Shown here one piece after another: positions 14,925-27,415 of a stretch of DNA of 64,000 nt; the stretch's first letter is position 1; the number at the start of each line of letters is the position of its first letter. The position numbers and the translations under genes were made by a program. Source of the stretch: Octopus sinensis (Eukaryota); NCBI RefSeq assembly GCF_006345805.1, contig NC_043001.1, positions 86,924,001 to 86,988,000 on the forward strand. The letters are read 5' to 3'. The notes under the pieces are model-generated. The model saw nothing but the letters and a program-made list of their open reading frames with translations. It searched no databases and had not been told where the DNA came from.

Positions 14925-15640
14925 TTGAAACTTCGTATACTGGTAGAATGTGTCAAAAGAAAACATTATTGTAAACAAAATTGAAAACAAAATTGTAATT
15001 TGTAAGTTTATCGTAGTTTAATTCTTCGAATTTTAACCAATGAAATCTCAGCATTTGAGCTCAATTCATTTGCTGCGTCTAAGTAAACAGCACATACACA
15101 CGTGTTATTCACCCTTCTCACTTCTGTCTTCGGCATGTGCTAGAAATAATCGATGAATTTCGTCGCCCAATAAAAATATTAACGATATTTTTTGGACTTT
15201 TAAAACATGTTCGTATTCGTTCTGCTTTCGCAGGACTTCAATTTTTTTTTGCGGTTTCCACGCATTGTCTTGTTATTTCCTATAACGTCATGCCTAACGC
15301 ACCTCTTACATACTTCACACGCACACACATACACAACAAACACACACACATACACAACAAAAACACACACACACATACACAAAAACACACACACACATAC
15401 ACAACAAACACACACACACACACACAAAAAAAAATACACACACGCACACACATACACAACAAAAACACACACACACACACAGGTAATCGTTCCGTAAGTC
15501 AGGGATGACATTGAAATAAACATGGGAGAAGCCTTTCGGTAAAAAAAAATAAAGAAAATATTCAAAAAATATCGTTAATATTTTTATTGGGCGACGAAAT
15601 TCATCGATTTAAGAGATATAGCTGTTATTTCTAGCACATG

Positions 15641-15678
<38 letters not shown>

Positions 15679-15883
15679 AAGTGAGAAGGATGAATAATAC
15701 GTGTGCGTGTGTGTGTGCTGTTTACTTACACGCAGCAAATGAATTGAGCTCAAATGCTGGGATTTCATTGGTTAAAATTCGAAGAATTAAACTACGTTAA
15801 ACTTACAAATTACAATTTTGTTTTCAGTTTTGTTTACATTAATGTTTCCTTTTGACATATTCTACCAGTATACGAAGTTTCAA
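14925..15883. mobile_element. foldback/MITE with ~330-bp inverted arms
   Basis: TTGAAACTTCGTATACTGGTAGAATGTGTCAAAAG... is mirrored at 15555-15883. The centre is a (CA)-rich repeat. Confidence 0.85.
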
Positions 15884-16330
15884 TTTTTTTAGTAAACTAG
15901 AAAATTCCGTCCATCAAAAAGAAAAGATCTATTTTTTCTTCTACAGAAGGAAGAGCAAACCTTCTTCTATCATACTCTCAATTTTGGTCAACTTGTGCCG
16001 CAGGATCTCGGAGGAGATAGTGTTAGTTGAAGGCTACCAAACCTGCCATACACAGACAACTTCAGCTTTATATATATAAATTCCAGCTTGACAAAGCCTC
16101 GGCACACGTTACCAAATGTATTTTTTATTGTTTTCATATAGGAACGAAAGTTTCAAGTCTCTATAAACAACTGAGTTAAAGTCTGTCGCCGAGGAAGCAC
16201 TATTATGTTGAAACACGTGTCTAGCAGCCCCAGCCCTAGCTGTTTTCCTTTGCTAGTATGAAGACAAACATGACGGGACTGAAAGAACAGAACAGAAAGT
16301 TCAGTTGTTATAGCTTTTATAACATGAATC

Positions 16331-16339
16331 ACTTACCAT
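16331..16339 (-). other. candidate exon end: A-rich context, ATG, then GTAAGT donor
   Basis: Minus strand reads AAAAAAATG|GTAAGT, ~430 bp from a promoter-like motif cluster. Confidence 0.35.
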
Positions 16340-16772
16340 TTTTTTTTTTTTGAAATACAAGTCAAATATTTCACACCAAAATTTACAATAAAAAAAAGAT
16401 AGGTTTTCTTATGCACCAAGACGACTTTAGAGGACAAAACATTTGTAGGAAGTGAGGTTGGCACTGGTTGGGTGCCGCACAATCCCTTACATAGTTGTAG
16501 AAAGGAAAATAGCGGGAACAAGAATCTCCGAACAAATAACAATAATAACTTATTTCGCCGAAATAAGCATTTCATCTCTGGACATCGGTAGCCTGGTCGC
16601 CCTGGGGTGGAAACAGCAGAGTCGGTTGAATCACAATTGTGAAGGCATTCTTCACAGATTCGCCTAAGTCGCGGATTGCCTACACACGGAGCTTGTCTGG
16701 TTGTGTCTAGCTCAGTCGGCGGCAGGAGCGAAGAAAGAGAATAATGGTCAAACCTTACTTGCTGCTGATGAC

Positions 16773-16855
16773 TGCGCATGCGCATAAGGGACTTTCGGCA
16801 GGCCTTCCGGAAGACTAATCCTTGCGCATGCGTGGATGAAAATCCCAAAATGGCG
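16773..16855. promoter_or_regulatory. candidate housekeeping or bidirectional core promoter (NRF1 x2, ETS palindrome, YY1)
   Basis: TGCGCATGCGCA 16773-16784, CTTCCGGAAG 16804-16813, TGCGCATGCG 16823-16832, AAAATGGCG 16847-16855, in a CpG-retaining patch. Confidence 0.5.
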
Positions 16856-16964
16856 TCTGGAACCAGGCGTCACTACACATTTTATGTGAAATGCGACAGG
16901 ATTTGGAAAGATAGTGACGGTTTTTGAACGTTTACATAAGTTTACATCATATTCTACGTCGACT

Positions 16965-17525
16965 TGTATACTGGAAAGCTAGGAAGTGGAGAAGGTAATG
17001 CAGCAGAGAGCAATAGGGGCCAGTCTCCACAGCACCATCGGTTACAGTTCAGACGTCACCAGCTACACCATCAATTGCAGTTCCAAGAATGGTTGGAAAA
17101 CACGCTGGGGCTGCTAGACACGTGTTTCAACATGATAGTGCTTCCTCGGCGACAGACTTTACTCTCAGTCTCAGAAGCGAACGATGATGAGCCCAGTAAC
17201 GTAACTAGGTGGTGGGGAGGGTGATGTGGTGGATCACCTCGGGCGGGACTGTCGTGAGAGTGACACTTTTGGGCCGGCTATATAAGCCTGTATATGGGTG
17301 GGGTCGGCAAACTCAAGAGCTGCCTCGGATGGAGGAGTCAAGCTACACTGGACAACGCCCCATCCTAACAGCAATACAACCCAATTATCTCGTGGTTTTA
17401 AATGAAGGAAAAGCAAGAAGGCTAACCTACATGAGAGACCATCAAAGGCAAAAAACAAAACAAAAACAAAGAACGCTAGGAGACAAATTTTAAGAAAAAA
17501 GAATGCCCTAATAAAGAAGGTGACA
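16965..17525 (-). mobile_element. possible solo LTR
   Basis: TGTCA...ATACA ends on minus, TATA-like CTTATATAGCC, AGTAAA signal. No clean TSD. Confidence 0.3.
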
Positions 17526-17727
17526 CGAAATTTCAAAGTGTGACGAAATTAGTTTTTACAGGGCTTCATACAGGAAATAAAGGTTAATGAACAATCTAAA
17601 AGATTGACATCAACAATTTCTTCCCACGATTTCACTATGTGTGTCTCTGTGTATGCACGCATGTGTGTGCGTGTGTGTGAGCATCATATTTATATATTGA
17701 TAGATATACATACACACACACACACAC

Positions 17728-17762
<35 letters not shown>

Positions 17763-17764
<2 letters not shown>

Positions 17765-18042
17765 GAGGCGCAATGGCCTAGTGGTTAGGGCAGCGGACTT
17801 GCGGTCGTAGGATCGCGGTTTCGATTCCCAGACTGGGCGTTGTGAGTGTTTATTGAGCGAAAACACCTAAAGCTCCACGAGGCTCCGGCAGGGAGTGGTG
17901 GCGATCCCTGCTGTACTCTTTCGCCACAACTTTCTCTCACTCTTTCTTCTGTTGGCCTGCTAAAACAATGCGAAGCGCATTGTGACCAGCGATGTGTAAC
18001 AACATCTGATGGCCTGGTCGGTCACGGTGATCACGGTGATAT
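17763..18042 (+). mobile_element. tRNA-derived SINE family C (tail type 1)
   Basis: GGCGCAATGGCCTAGTGGTTAGGGCAGCGGAC A-box and GGTTTCGATTCCC B-box. Head is shared with 20545-20916 and 46010-46281. Confidence 0.85.
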
Positions 18043-18115
18043 ATATATTCATATTCATGAATATGCATACACACAGGTACACGCATATACATGTAATACA
18101 AAATACATAATATCG

Positions 18116-18154
<39 letters not shown>

Positions 18155-18156
<2 letters not shown>

Positions 18157-18460
18157 AAGGCGCGTAGCTTAGTGGTTAGGGTATTCAGCTCAGGATCATA
18201 AGGTCGCGAGTTCGATTCCCGGTGGTGCGTCCTGTCTTTGATATTTCACCATGATCTAGTATATTTCACAGTATATTTCACCATGATCTAGATCATGCAA
18301 GTGTCAAAATCACTTGTATCTGTAATTAAAAAGTCCATCCTTGTCACATTGTGTCTCGCTGAGCTCCTGTGGGGTACTCAGCCACTTGCTAGTTAAACTC
18401 ACAAGCATACTGTTCTCGGTTCAATAGAAAACTCTTCGTCGTAACCGAGGGAGGGCCAGT
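18155..18460 (+). mobile_element. tRNA-derived SINE, different tail
   Basis: GAAGGCGCGTAGCTTAGTGGTTAGGG...GTTCGATTCCC head. Confidence 0.65.
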
Positions 18461-18857
18461 TATGTGTGTGTGTGTATATAAATACTGTGTGTATACATAC
18501 ATACATACATACATACATACATACATACATACATACATACATACATACATGTGTGTGTATGAATGTATGTATATATGCGTATACAAATAACACATATGTT
18601 TTAAAAGCTGAAAACGAAACTATTTCATCCTGGAACTAAGGTTAACATGAGGTTAGATACAAAGTAAATTTTATAGCCATATAAAGTTTCAACATCTCCC
18701 CTTCACTTTCGTTTTGTATCTAAAACCCTAGTAAAAATAAAGAAATAAGGTAGCTACGCATAAATTAATTCTGATCGCTTCGGCCCACAAGATCCTGAAC
18801 GAATGTGCATAGCAGAATATTGCAAGTTGCATATACAACTGCACATTCTCTAGTAAC

Positions 18858-19113
18858 GTGGAGTCGCGTGGCTTAGTGGTTAGGGCGTCAGCACCATGAT
18901 CGTAAGATTGTGGTTTCGATTCCTGGACCGGGCGACGCGTTGTGTTCTTGAGCAAAACACTTCATTTCACGTTGCTCCAGTCCACTCAGCTGGCAAAAAT
19001 GAGTAACGCTGCGATGGACTGGCGTCCCGTCCAGCTGGGGAACACATACGCCATAGAAACCGGGCCCATTAGCCTGGCTAGGCTTTAAAAGGGCGCATTT
19101 ATTCTATTTTTTT
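18858..19113 (+). mobile_element. tRNA-derived SINE family D with CORE-like domain
   Basis: A and B boxes, then TGTGTTCTTGAGCAAAACACTT...CTCCAGTCCACTCAGCTG. Other copies at 60803 and 61499. Confidence 0.85.
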
Positions 19114-19115
19114 AA

Positions 19116-19487
19116 TGCTGTACGTGCAAAACGCCCCCGGTCTAACGGAAGGTGCTGAGTTGTCAAATATTTAAACCAAATTTTCTCAAAACAACTTGCC
19201 CGACCGTCCCATAGGCCTCCCCTCTGAGAAACACTGATTTAACCTAAATTTGAGACACCGTGCATTTTTCTCGCGTACGCGTAGTATCGACTGCAATAGC
19301 CGATGTACTTGCGCGTACAAATGCACGTTCCCACGGCTTTATCGATCGCATTCTCACCTGGAATTGATTTTTGTAAATTTTTCAAGACTTATACCTACAT
19401 ATCAAATTTGAGCGCAATCGGATGGAGGATGCCCGAGATCCTAGAAGACACACACACAGACAGACCGAACGGATTTTATATAATAGA
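19116..19487 (-). mobile_element. non-autonomous Helitron-like element (same family as 2200-2760)
   Basis: Minus strand starts A|TCTATTATATAAAATCCG and ends GGGCGTTTTGCACGTACAGC. Confidence 0.65.
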
Positions 19488-20544
19488 TGATTAACAGTTG
19501 AAATTAAAAGAAAAATTTGAAGATGTACCAGTCCCAGTTGGCTACGCCACGAGCAGCCTTCAGTTTATTCTGTCTAAATGGAATTTTCAGCCCAATATTT
19601 ATATGCTGCCATTTATAGCTTTTTGGGTGTGCTTCGAGATATATATTCCCAAAAAGAATTATTTTACCTTCTCTTGTACACACGCACACATATGTATGTA
19701 TGTATGTATGTATGTGTGTATGTATGTATGTATGTATGTATGTATGTATGTATGTATATGTAAACATACATAAATCCACACACACACTCACACACATATA
19801 TATATATACAATATACACATCTCTCTCTCCCTCTCTTTCTGTGTGTGTGCTTATGTGTGTGATGGGTGGGTGCGATTTACCACTGGTTTCTCAAGTCAAA
19901 ACCACTACCTCTATTAATACTTCCACTCACCACCACAATCACCTCGTCCCCACCCACTCACCACCACCACTACCATCACCATCCATAACCACTTGTAACT
20001 TATTAATCCATCCATCTATCTCTACTAGCTGTGTAACTAGAGAATCTACAGTCTAGAAACTTCTCTTGTTCCAGACATTCTTGGGATGCTTCTGTTCCAA
20101 AGTCCTATCTACAAATGGCAAGAATGTTAAGCTTCGTGGGTGGGGAGATGAGATGGTCCTTTACAAAAAAAAAAACAAAACAAAAAAAACAAGGACCCAT
20201 GTTGATGTTTTTAGGTAAGGGTTAGGGAACACGGAGATAGATTTAAGAGGGTAGAAATGATATAATTTTTAAGGGTGTTTCCTGTTTTATTCATATTTTT
20301 GTGCTTTTTGTTTTGCTTTAGTTGTTTTTACAGGAAATTAAATTAGGAGTGTGATACTTAATGAAACAGAAAAGCAATTATCTAAGTTCGTATTTTCCCA
20401 GATAAATTAAGTATCTTTGAAAATAATCAAGAAGTATAGAGTTGTTGTTGTTGTTGTTGTTACTACTTTTATTGTTGCAGCTGCAATAATTTTTGTAGTC
20501 GTTGTTGTTTTTATTGTTGTTGTTGTTGTTGCTGTTGCTGTTGC

Positions 20545-20916
20545 TGTTGAGGGTAGCGGTATTCGTCCCAGAGTGGGAGAAGTCCGAAACGTGGTCCTTT
20601 GCTATTCGTAAGAACCCGCAGAAAAGAAAGCAGGTCAACCCCCCCCCCCCCCGACACCGAGAGCATCGACGGATGGATGAATGCGCATCCAGGCTCAGCG
20701 GTTGCGTAGGAAGTCAGAGACAAGAAACAGGAAGAAAGAGTGAGAGAAAGTTGGGGCGAAAGAGTACAACAGGGGTCGCCACCATCCCCTGCCGGAGCTT
20801 CGTGGAGCTTTAGGTGTTTTCGCTCAATAAACACACACAACGCCCGGTCCTGGGAATCGAAACCGTGATCCTCCGACCGCGAGTCCGCTGCACTAACCAT
20901 TGGGACATTGCGCACC
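20545..20916 (-). mobile_element. SINE family C (tail type 2)
   Basis: Same head and centre as 17763, unrelated 3' part. Confidence 0.8.
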
Positions 20917-21519
20917 CACTGCTGTTGTTGCTGTTTCTGTTGTTTGTATTATTGTTGCTAATGACTTTGTAGTTGTTGCTGATGATGCTGTTTAATTCCA
21001 GACCACTCCTAATCCGACATTTATATGATACTGGCATTAAAGACCCGTCGTTGCCGGATCATAGTGCTAGTGCATGTATATATGTGTATATATATGTGTA
21101 CATATTACATGTACATCTATATATATACATCTACACATAAAATACAAAATACAAAGTTATATCTTGATATCGCTAGTGATAACAATACTCAAAATATATA
21201 ACAGACTGGAATTGTTAGCCCGTCTCTTGTAATTTCGATCAATTGTATCTTGTCCTCCCTCTTGTATAGAGGTGTGGCTACAATCCAGCCTACCTCTACT
21301 TCGGGGGCATTTAAAATTTTTTTCCGGAACGTCCTACGTCCCAGATATAAAGGTAAAAATAAAATATTTCCACTTTGCAAGTTCGAGTCGAGTACTCCCT
21401 TGCACGTTCGGTTGACTCGAACCTTGCTTCTATTGTGGCGAATTTACCGCCTCTGATTAGATACCTTTCATAGTCGCACCAAGACACTTTTCTAAGGTGC
21501 TTTCCTCCTCCCTGTTGTT

Positions 21520-23425
21520 TTATTATTACCCACTAGGGGCTACATAGATGGGACAATACAATCGGGAAAATTAATAATGAATTGAAGTTTGTACAATGTG
21601 GTGTAATGCCCACTCGATCCCCGAAATCGAGCGGTTACATTTCGTCATTTGTTTTATTCGTCAACAATATTTTCCAAATAAAACATTTTATACATTTTCA
21701 ACATACATTTCAAGTTTTACAAAGTTCAACATTTCTTTTTTTTTTCAGAATTTAAAGTTCTTTTTATCATTTCCAAATTAAAGTTTTCACAATACCTTTT
21801 TCTTTTATATATACTCCATTATGTCTACCAATCTCTGAGTAACTTCCATCGTTCGAGGCCACCTTGTAAGTCGGCATTTCATATGTTTTGACACGTTCTT
21901 GCCAGCTGCCTCGATGAACGCCTCGACGTCGTTCTCGTGGACGAGTGCACCTGTTTCTTTCCATTCGGTGCCCATCCTGACCCACGTATATCCGTTTGTT
22001 CGTTTATTAAATCTTCCATCTCCTCACAGTGCCTGTGATGGATCAACGTTCCATAGTATTTGAATTTTCTATTCGTACCTACGTTTTCTCTAGTTTTTTC
22101 TCTTAGGACTTACTTCCTCTTTTTTTTCTCCTCCCTCGGTTTCTCTCTTTCTCTCTTTTTGCTTTCTCTTCTTTCTTTTTCTTTTCTCTTTGTCTTTTTG
22201 GCTCTTTGTCTGCCGTCTCTCTCCACCTGTGCCTTAAGTTCCTTCCTGTTGTTTCTTTCCTTTTTGCATACATCTTTTCCTTTCTCTTGGTTCTGTTCCT
22301 TCTCTTGTTCTTTTCCTGCTTTTTCTCTTCCTTTAATGTACTTTCCTTTTCTTTCTCTTGCTTCTGCCTTGGCTCCTTCTCCACTACTTCTGCACCCTGT
22401 GAATTTTGCTCCTTTTCTACTATCTCTTCCTTTGTTTTCATTTTCCTTCAGTGCGCTGTTACTTCCCTTCTCTTGTTGTTTCTCGTTATTTCCTTTTCCT
22501 TGTTTTCGCTGTTCTTTCCTTCGTGTTCGTTTTCCTTCTCTCCACTTTGTGTCTCTTTTTGCTCCGCTGTGAATTCATACAGCGGACATTCCTTTTTTAT
22601 GTGCCCTCTTGAACCGCACAGGTAGCAATTCGGTTTTCTGCCTTCCACATTTACACTAATTGTTTTCTCGTTTTCTATTTCTATTTGGAAGGGAAATCTT
22701 TCGATGTCTTCCATTGTGGCCATCAGCCACAACTCTACTCCGAATCCCTTCCAATTTACAACGTTCGTCTCCTTAATTGACCCTATTTCTACTTCCTCTT
22801 TGCTGCCCCCATAATGGCTGTTACCAGCATTTCTGTTTTAATATTTGGGGGCACCTTTGGGACTCTTACCCGTACCCCTCGTTCTTCCTTTATACGTCGG
22901 CCCCATGGTGAATTTTTCCGCTTCAGGACAGTGGAAGCCAATGAGGCCGCCACTTCTTTGTTGCGCATCTCACCTCCACCGTACCATATTTCTTTCCTCT
23001 GTCTACAAAAGTCGCTTTTTTCATGATGTCCCCCAGACATTTCTCTATTTCTTCAATCGTCACTCTCACCAGTTTTCTCGTGTTTCTATCTTGCGTTCTA
23101 TACATTATCGTCTTGTTATTTTTCTCTTCTATTGTTTCCACAGGCGGGACCAGCTTCACGTTGTCACCCTCCCTTTTGACGAACTTCTCGTATTCCTTCA
23201 ATTGTTCTTTTCTAAAGAACACTTCTTTTATTCTAAGAGACTCGTCACTTTTTGTTGTGGCGACCCCCGCGTAAGTCTCCATGACTTGAGGGTCGACACA
23301 CCTTCTATAAAAGGTTCAAACACGCAGCGGCAAACGCCTCGCGCGATTCAATTTTTTGACAATTTTTTTAGTTTTTTTTTTCCAATTCTCACACACAAAA
23401 CAACTCACAACACACGTGGGTAGAT
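21520..23425 (-). pseudogene. L1/Tx1-like ORF1-only element (frameshifted ORF1, CCHC knuckle, 3' UTR)
   Basis: Pieces METYAGV..., VRVRVPKVPPNI..., ISVNVEGRKPNCYLCGSRGHIKKECP, a K/E-rich linker and a C-terminal domain. The stop near 21770 is followed directly by the UTR and tail. No endonuclease or RT is seen. Confidence 0.7.
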
Positions 23426-23619
23426 TTCCTCCCTGTGTTCAAATCCTCTTTTTTCTCTACATTGTATACTTTATAGACAATAGTCTTTTCTTTAATTTAA
23501 TTTTTTATTATCCATCTGGACTATTCCATTTCTGCCCGCTAATTTTATTTTTAATTTATTCCCATTCATGTGAAACCACTTATTCAAGTTCAAATCATTG
23601 ATGCAATTTTATACCAATT

Positions 23620-23621
23620 GC

Positions 23622-23667
<46 letters not shown>

Positions 23668-24050
23668 TATTATTATTATTATTATTCATTATTATTATTC
23701 TCGTCATCATTGTTATCGTTGTCGTTTTCAATGTTGTTGTTGCTGCTGCTACTGTTGCTGCTGTTTTTTTTTATTAATCTTGCTTTTGTAAATAAGAGTT
23801 ATTATTTTCTTAATATTCCATAATCTTTGTACTTCCATCTGCTACAAGAACTGTGATTAAGCCCGCATACAACCACACCATTGTACACAGCCTTCTTGAA
23901 ATACAAGCTATATACAAAGTTGTTGATATCAGATATTGTGAAAAAGAAAAAAAATTTTCTCATGATTTAGTTTCAATTATTATATTATTATTATTATTAT
24001 TATTATTATTTTATTATTATTATTATTATTATTATTATGTTCATTATTGT
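23620..24050. repeat. (ATT)n/(GTT)n arrays
   Basis: Direct tandem repeats. Confidence 0.9.
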
Positions 24051-24614
24051 GGTTGTTGTGGGAATTCTTGGTAATAGTAGTACTGGTGATGGTTGTCGTC
24101 GTCGTAGTTGTGGTATTTACTGTGACTTGTGACTTTTTCACTGAGAGCTACTTAGAATATATTTTCTAGAACTACTTAATAATAAAACATAAACATGTCA
24201 GAGTATTTAAACGCCCACTCCTTTCTCGTACTCTAAGAAAATATATATTTCGTTTCTTTATTTCTCTAATAATTTTTATCATATGTACGCATATTTTGGA
24301 AACATATTTTGGTTTGTTTATTTGTAATTCAATATGGCTACCTCTGGGATTGTAGGAGGAACGATAGCCTCGAAATTAGCTGCAGTGAATACGACCATCC
24401 GTTGCCAAAGCTTTGAAAACATAAAACGCATTAATAAAAAAAAAAGATAAACAGAAAACAGAATGACAATTAAACAAGCAGACAAGTACCAATATAAACA
24501 TATAGAATTTGACAAGAATAAATGAAAATATGGCGAAAATGCAAATTTAAATCAAAACAAATCACCAGCAGCAGCAGCAGCAACACCACCGCCACCACCA
24601 TCACCACCACCACC

Positions 24615-24656
<42 letters not shown>

Positions 24657-26123
24657 TCAACAACAGCTGTTGCTGCAAGCCTTAAATAAATACTTGATCC
24701 ACTCAACCCAAGATAAAAGAAAATGCATGGAAAAGATATGTTACAAAAGTGAGTACCTCTTTACCCGAAGAATTAATCCATGAAAGAGGTGGTATATCGC
24801 TGTTTTTCAAAGAACGGGGACGTTTTCCAACGCCATCAAAACTATTGGAGAAAGTTCTAGCTGAAGTGTGAAAGAACGTAAATTTCCTCAACCGAAGCAC
24901 AGCTTATTGAATGCGCCTATTCTTTAAGACGGAAACGAACAGAAAGTCAATGATAGTACGTCACACTGCAAGCTATAAACTGGTACTGTAGAACAAGACT
25001 CTCAGAATTACGAGGATCTTGGTCAAAGATATTAAGTAACGAATGTCGATCATTGGCTTATTGTCATCTTTGTGCAACAGAAACGGAAAATGGAAAGCGC
25101 GAGGGTAAGGGGAAGCAACATGTGGCAAAGTGGGTTAAAGGGCACGCATAGACCTGGCTATCCTTAAAAACCACGATCAGTACTGGACTATCCTGGAGCT
25201 CTGTTCTATTAAGAGGGTGGAGAAGAAATCAGTTGGTGGTGCAGAACAGAAATCTCAGTTGCGATGTGTGTTGGTAAATGTCGCCTGAGAGCCTACTAGT
25301 TTCATAAGAGGAAATGTATCAATTTTAAAATAAGTTAATTTCATACAGCAGCAGAGACTGCAAAATCAAAGTGAAAATCATGGCTACTGCTGCTTCTATC
25401 ACTGATTCCAGAGAACCACAGATCGCAGTGTCGAGGACAGCAAGTCTACCACAAAGACTCTGATTGACACTAAAGTTTTTTAAATGTTTCGACTTAATTT
25501 TAAATAAAGGAGTTCAGATTTAAAACTATAAGGGAGATAACTCGTAACAAAATAGGAGAGGCAACTGAATTAAACAGTTCTGAACATTGCAGTCATGAAT
25601 GTGGAACCAAGTTGGGACGAGATATTATTTTCGTTTAAAATTAATAAATGTTATAAGCACAGGTAAGAAAATAACTTTATTTTTGAAAATGAACGCGAAC
25701 ACAGAAGTCAAATCAGGAATAAATAAGCAGAAATTATCTTTCATTAAGGAAAGGGGGGAACAAATTCCATCAAAGTCACTCGACCATAGTAGGAACGTCA
25801 AATCGACTACAGTGTGATTTGAAATGATCACCCCCCCCACCACCACCACACGCACTTTTAATGTTTGATAAAATGAACATACACATCAAAACCGGTAATA
25901 TTTTATAAAAATTATTTAATGTAACAAATATAGAACTACTTATCCTGTCCAATTAAACAATTAAAGGGGAAAATAAGGTAAAAAGAATCCTTAAAGACAC
26001 TTCTGTGCTGTTTCCCCTTTTCCTTTTTACCTTTCTCTCACCCTCTCTCTCCTTCTCACCCTCTCTTTCTGTCTCTCTCTCTCTGTCTGTCTGTCTGTCT
26101 CTCTCTGTCTGTCTGTCTCTCTC

Positions 26124-26191
<68 letters not shown>

Positions 26192-26299
26192 CATATATAT
26201 ATATGCATGCATATATACATATATACATATATGTACATATATACATATATATACATATATACATATATATACATATATGTATATACATATGCATATATG

Positions 26300-26760
26300 G
26301 GTACAGGACGTCATAAAACGTAAACAACATGAAATACGAAATACGGAAACATGGAATACGAACTTTTTTTGGCGATCAACTAAAGAAACACATGGAAAAT
26401 AAGAAAAGTAACATAAAGAACGATCGTTCATCAGTTGTCGACTGTTTTATCTACTCTACATTTCGAGCAATTACGACAAGATGTGTTTTCGAGAAACAGT
26501 TGCTCCCGCAAAGCAAAATAAGATTTAGGATTAGCGGAGGGTCAAAGTTGGTAACAAAAACAGGACAGGGAAAACAAACAGTAATGGCTGCTAAGCCAAA
26601 ACGAGGTGCGGTGGCGAACGGTGGATGAACAAGCTTTAACAGGAGAAAAGATAGGAGAGGAGACAGACAAGATTGCGTGTGATCTGTGTGGCAGATCAAA
26701 AGGAAAGAAAGGATCTCATGTTAGGAAAAGAAAGATGGCCGATGGTCACGTGTGAGCAAC
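26300..26760 (-). mobile_element. possible PLE pseudo-LTR remnant
   Basis: Non-coding complex repeat-like block next to (TA)n, with CTGATGA on minus but no complete hammerhead. Confidence 0.3.
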
Positions 26761-27028
26761 GAGAGAGTAAAGGAGGAAGAGTGGGAAAGAGAGAGGACAG
26801 ATAGAGAACGGTAAAGGGAGAGGAAAAGAATCTGAGAAAGGATGAGAGAGAAAAAAACGAAAGGGGGAGAAGGGGAGATAAAGAGAATTAGAGACAGGAA
26901 GAGAGAGGAAACGAAGTGGGGAGAGAAAACAGTACAGAGAGTCGCATCAAAATTATTAAGATAAACTTCCTTAGAAATGGATGCGTGGCGTTCAGTCATA
27001 ATATATATATATATATATGTGTGTGTGT

Positions 27029-27090
<62 letters not shown>

Positions 27091-27164
27091 TGTGTGTGTG
27101 TGTGTACATTTGTGTGTGTATGTGTGTGTGTGTGCGTGTGTGTGTGAGTGTGAGTGAGTGTGTG

Positions 27165-27415
27165 TGAAGACGTATGACCTAGTGGTAAGGCGTGTGACAC
27201 TCACGATCGTGAGATCGAGGTTTCGATTCCCAGACCAGCTGCGCGTTATGTTCCAGTCCACTCAGCCGTATATGGATAATCCTGCGATCAGTGGGGAATG
27301 TTGGCCTGCTCGCTTAGCCAGCGGGGTGGCAACATTCGAAAGCTAAAACGATGCAAAGCACATTGTGACCAGCGATGTATAACAACCTCCAATAGTCTGG
27401 TCGATCACGTGATAC
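27165..27415 (+). mobile_element. SINE with D-type head/CORE remnant and the tail seen at 17950-18040
   Basis: A and B boxes, TCCAGTCCACTCAGC, then GTTGGCCTGCT...GCA(C)ATTGTGACCAGCGATGT. Confidence 0.7.

Noticed and set aside
17763-17835. tRNA-like sequences with A and B boxes
   Set aside because: SINE heads that continue into SINE bodies without a proper acceptor stem, so not called as tRNA genes
24720-24900. FPTPSKLLEKVLAEV resembling a Tc1-like winged helix
   Set aside because: Too short and degenerate, with no TIRs or DDE nearby
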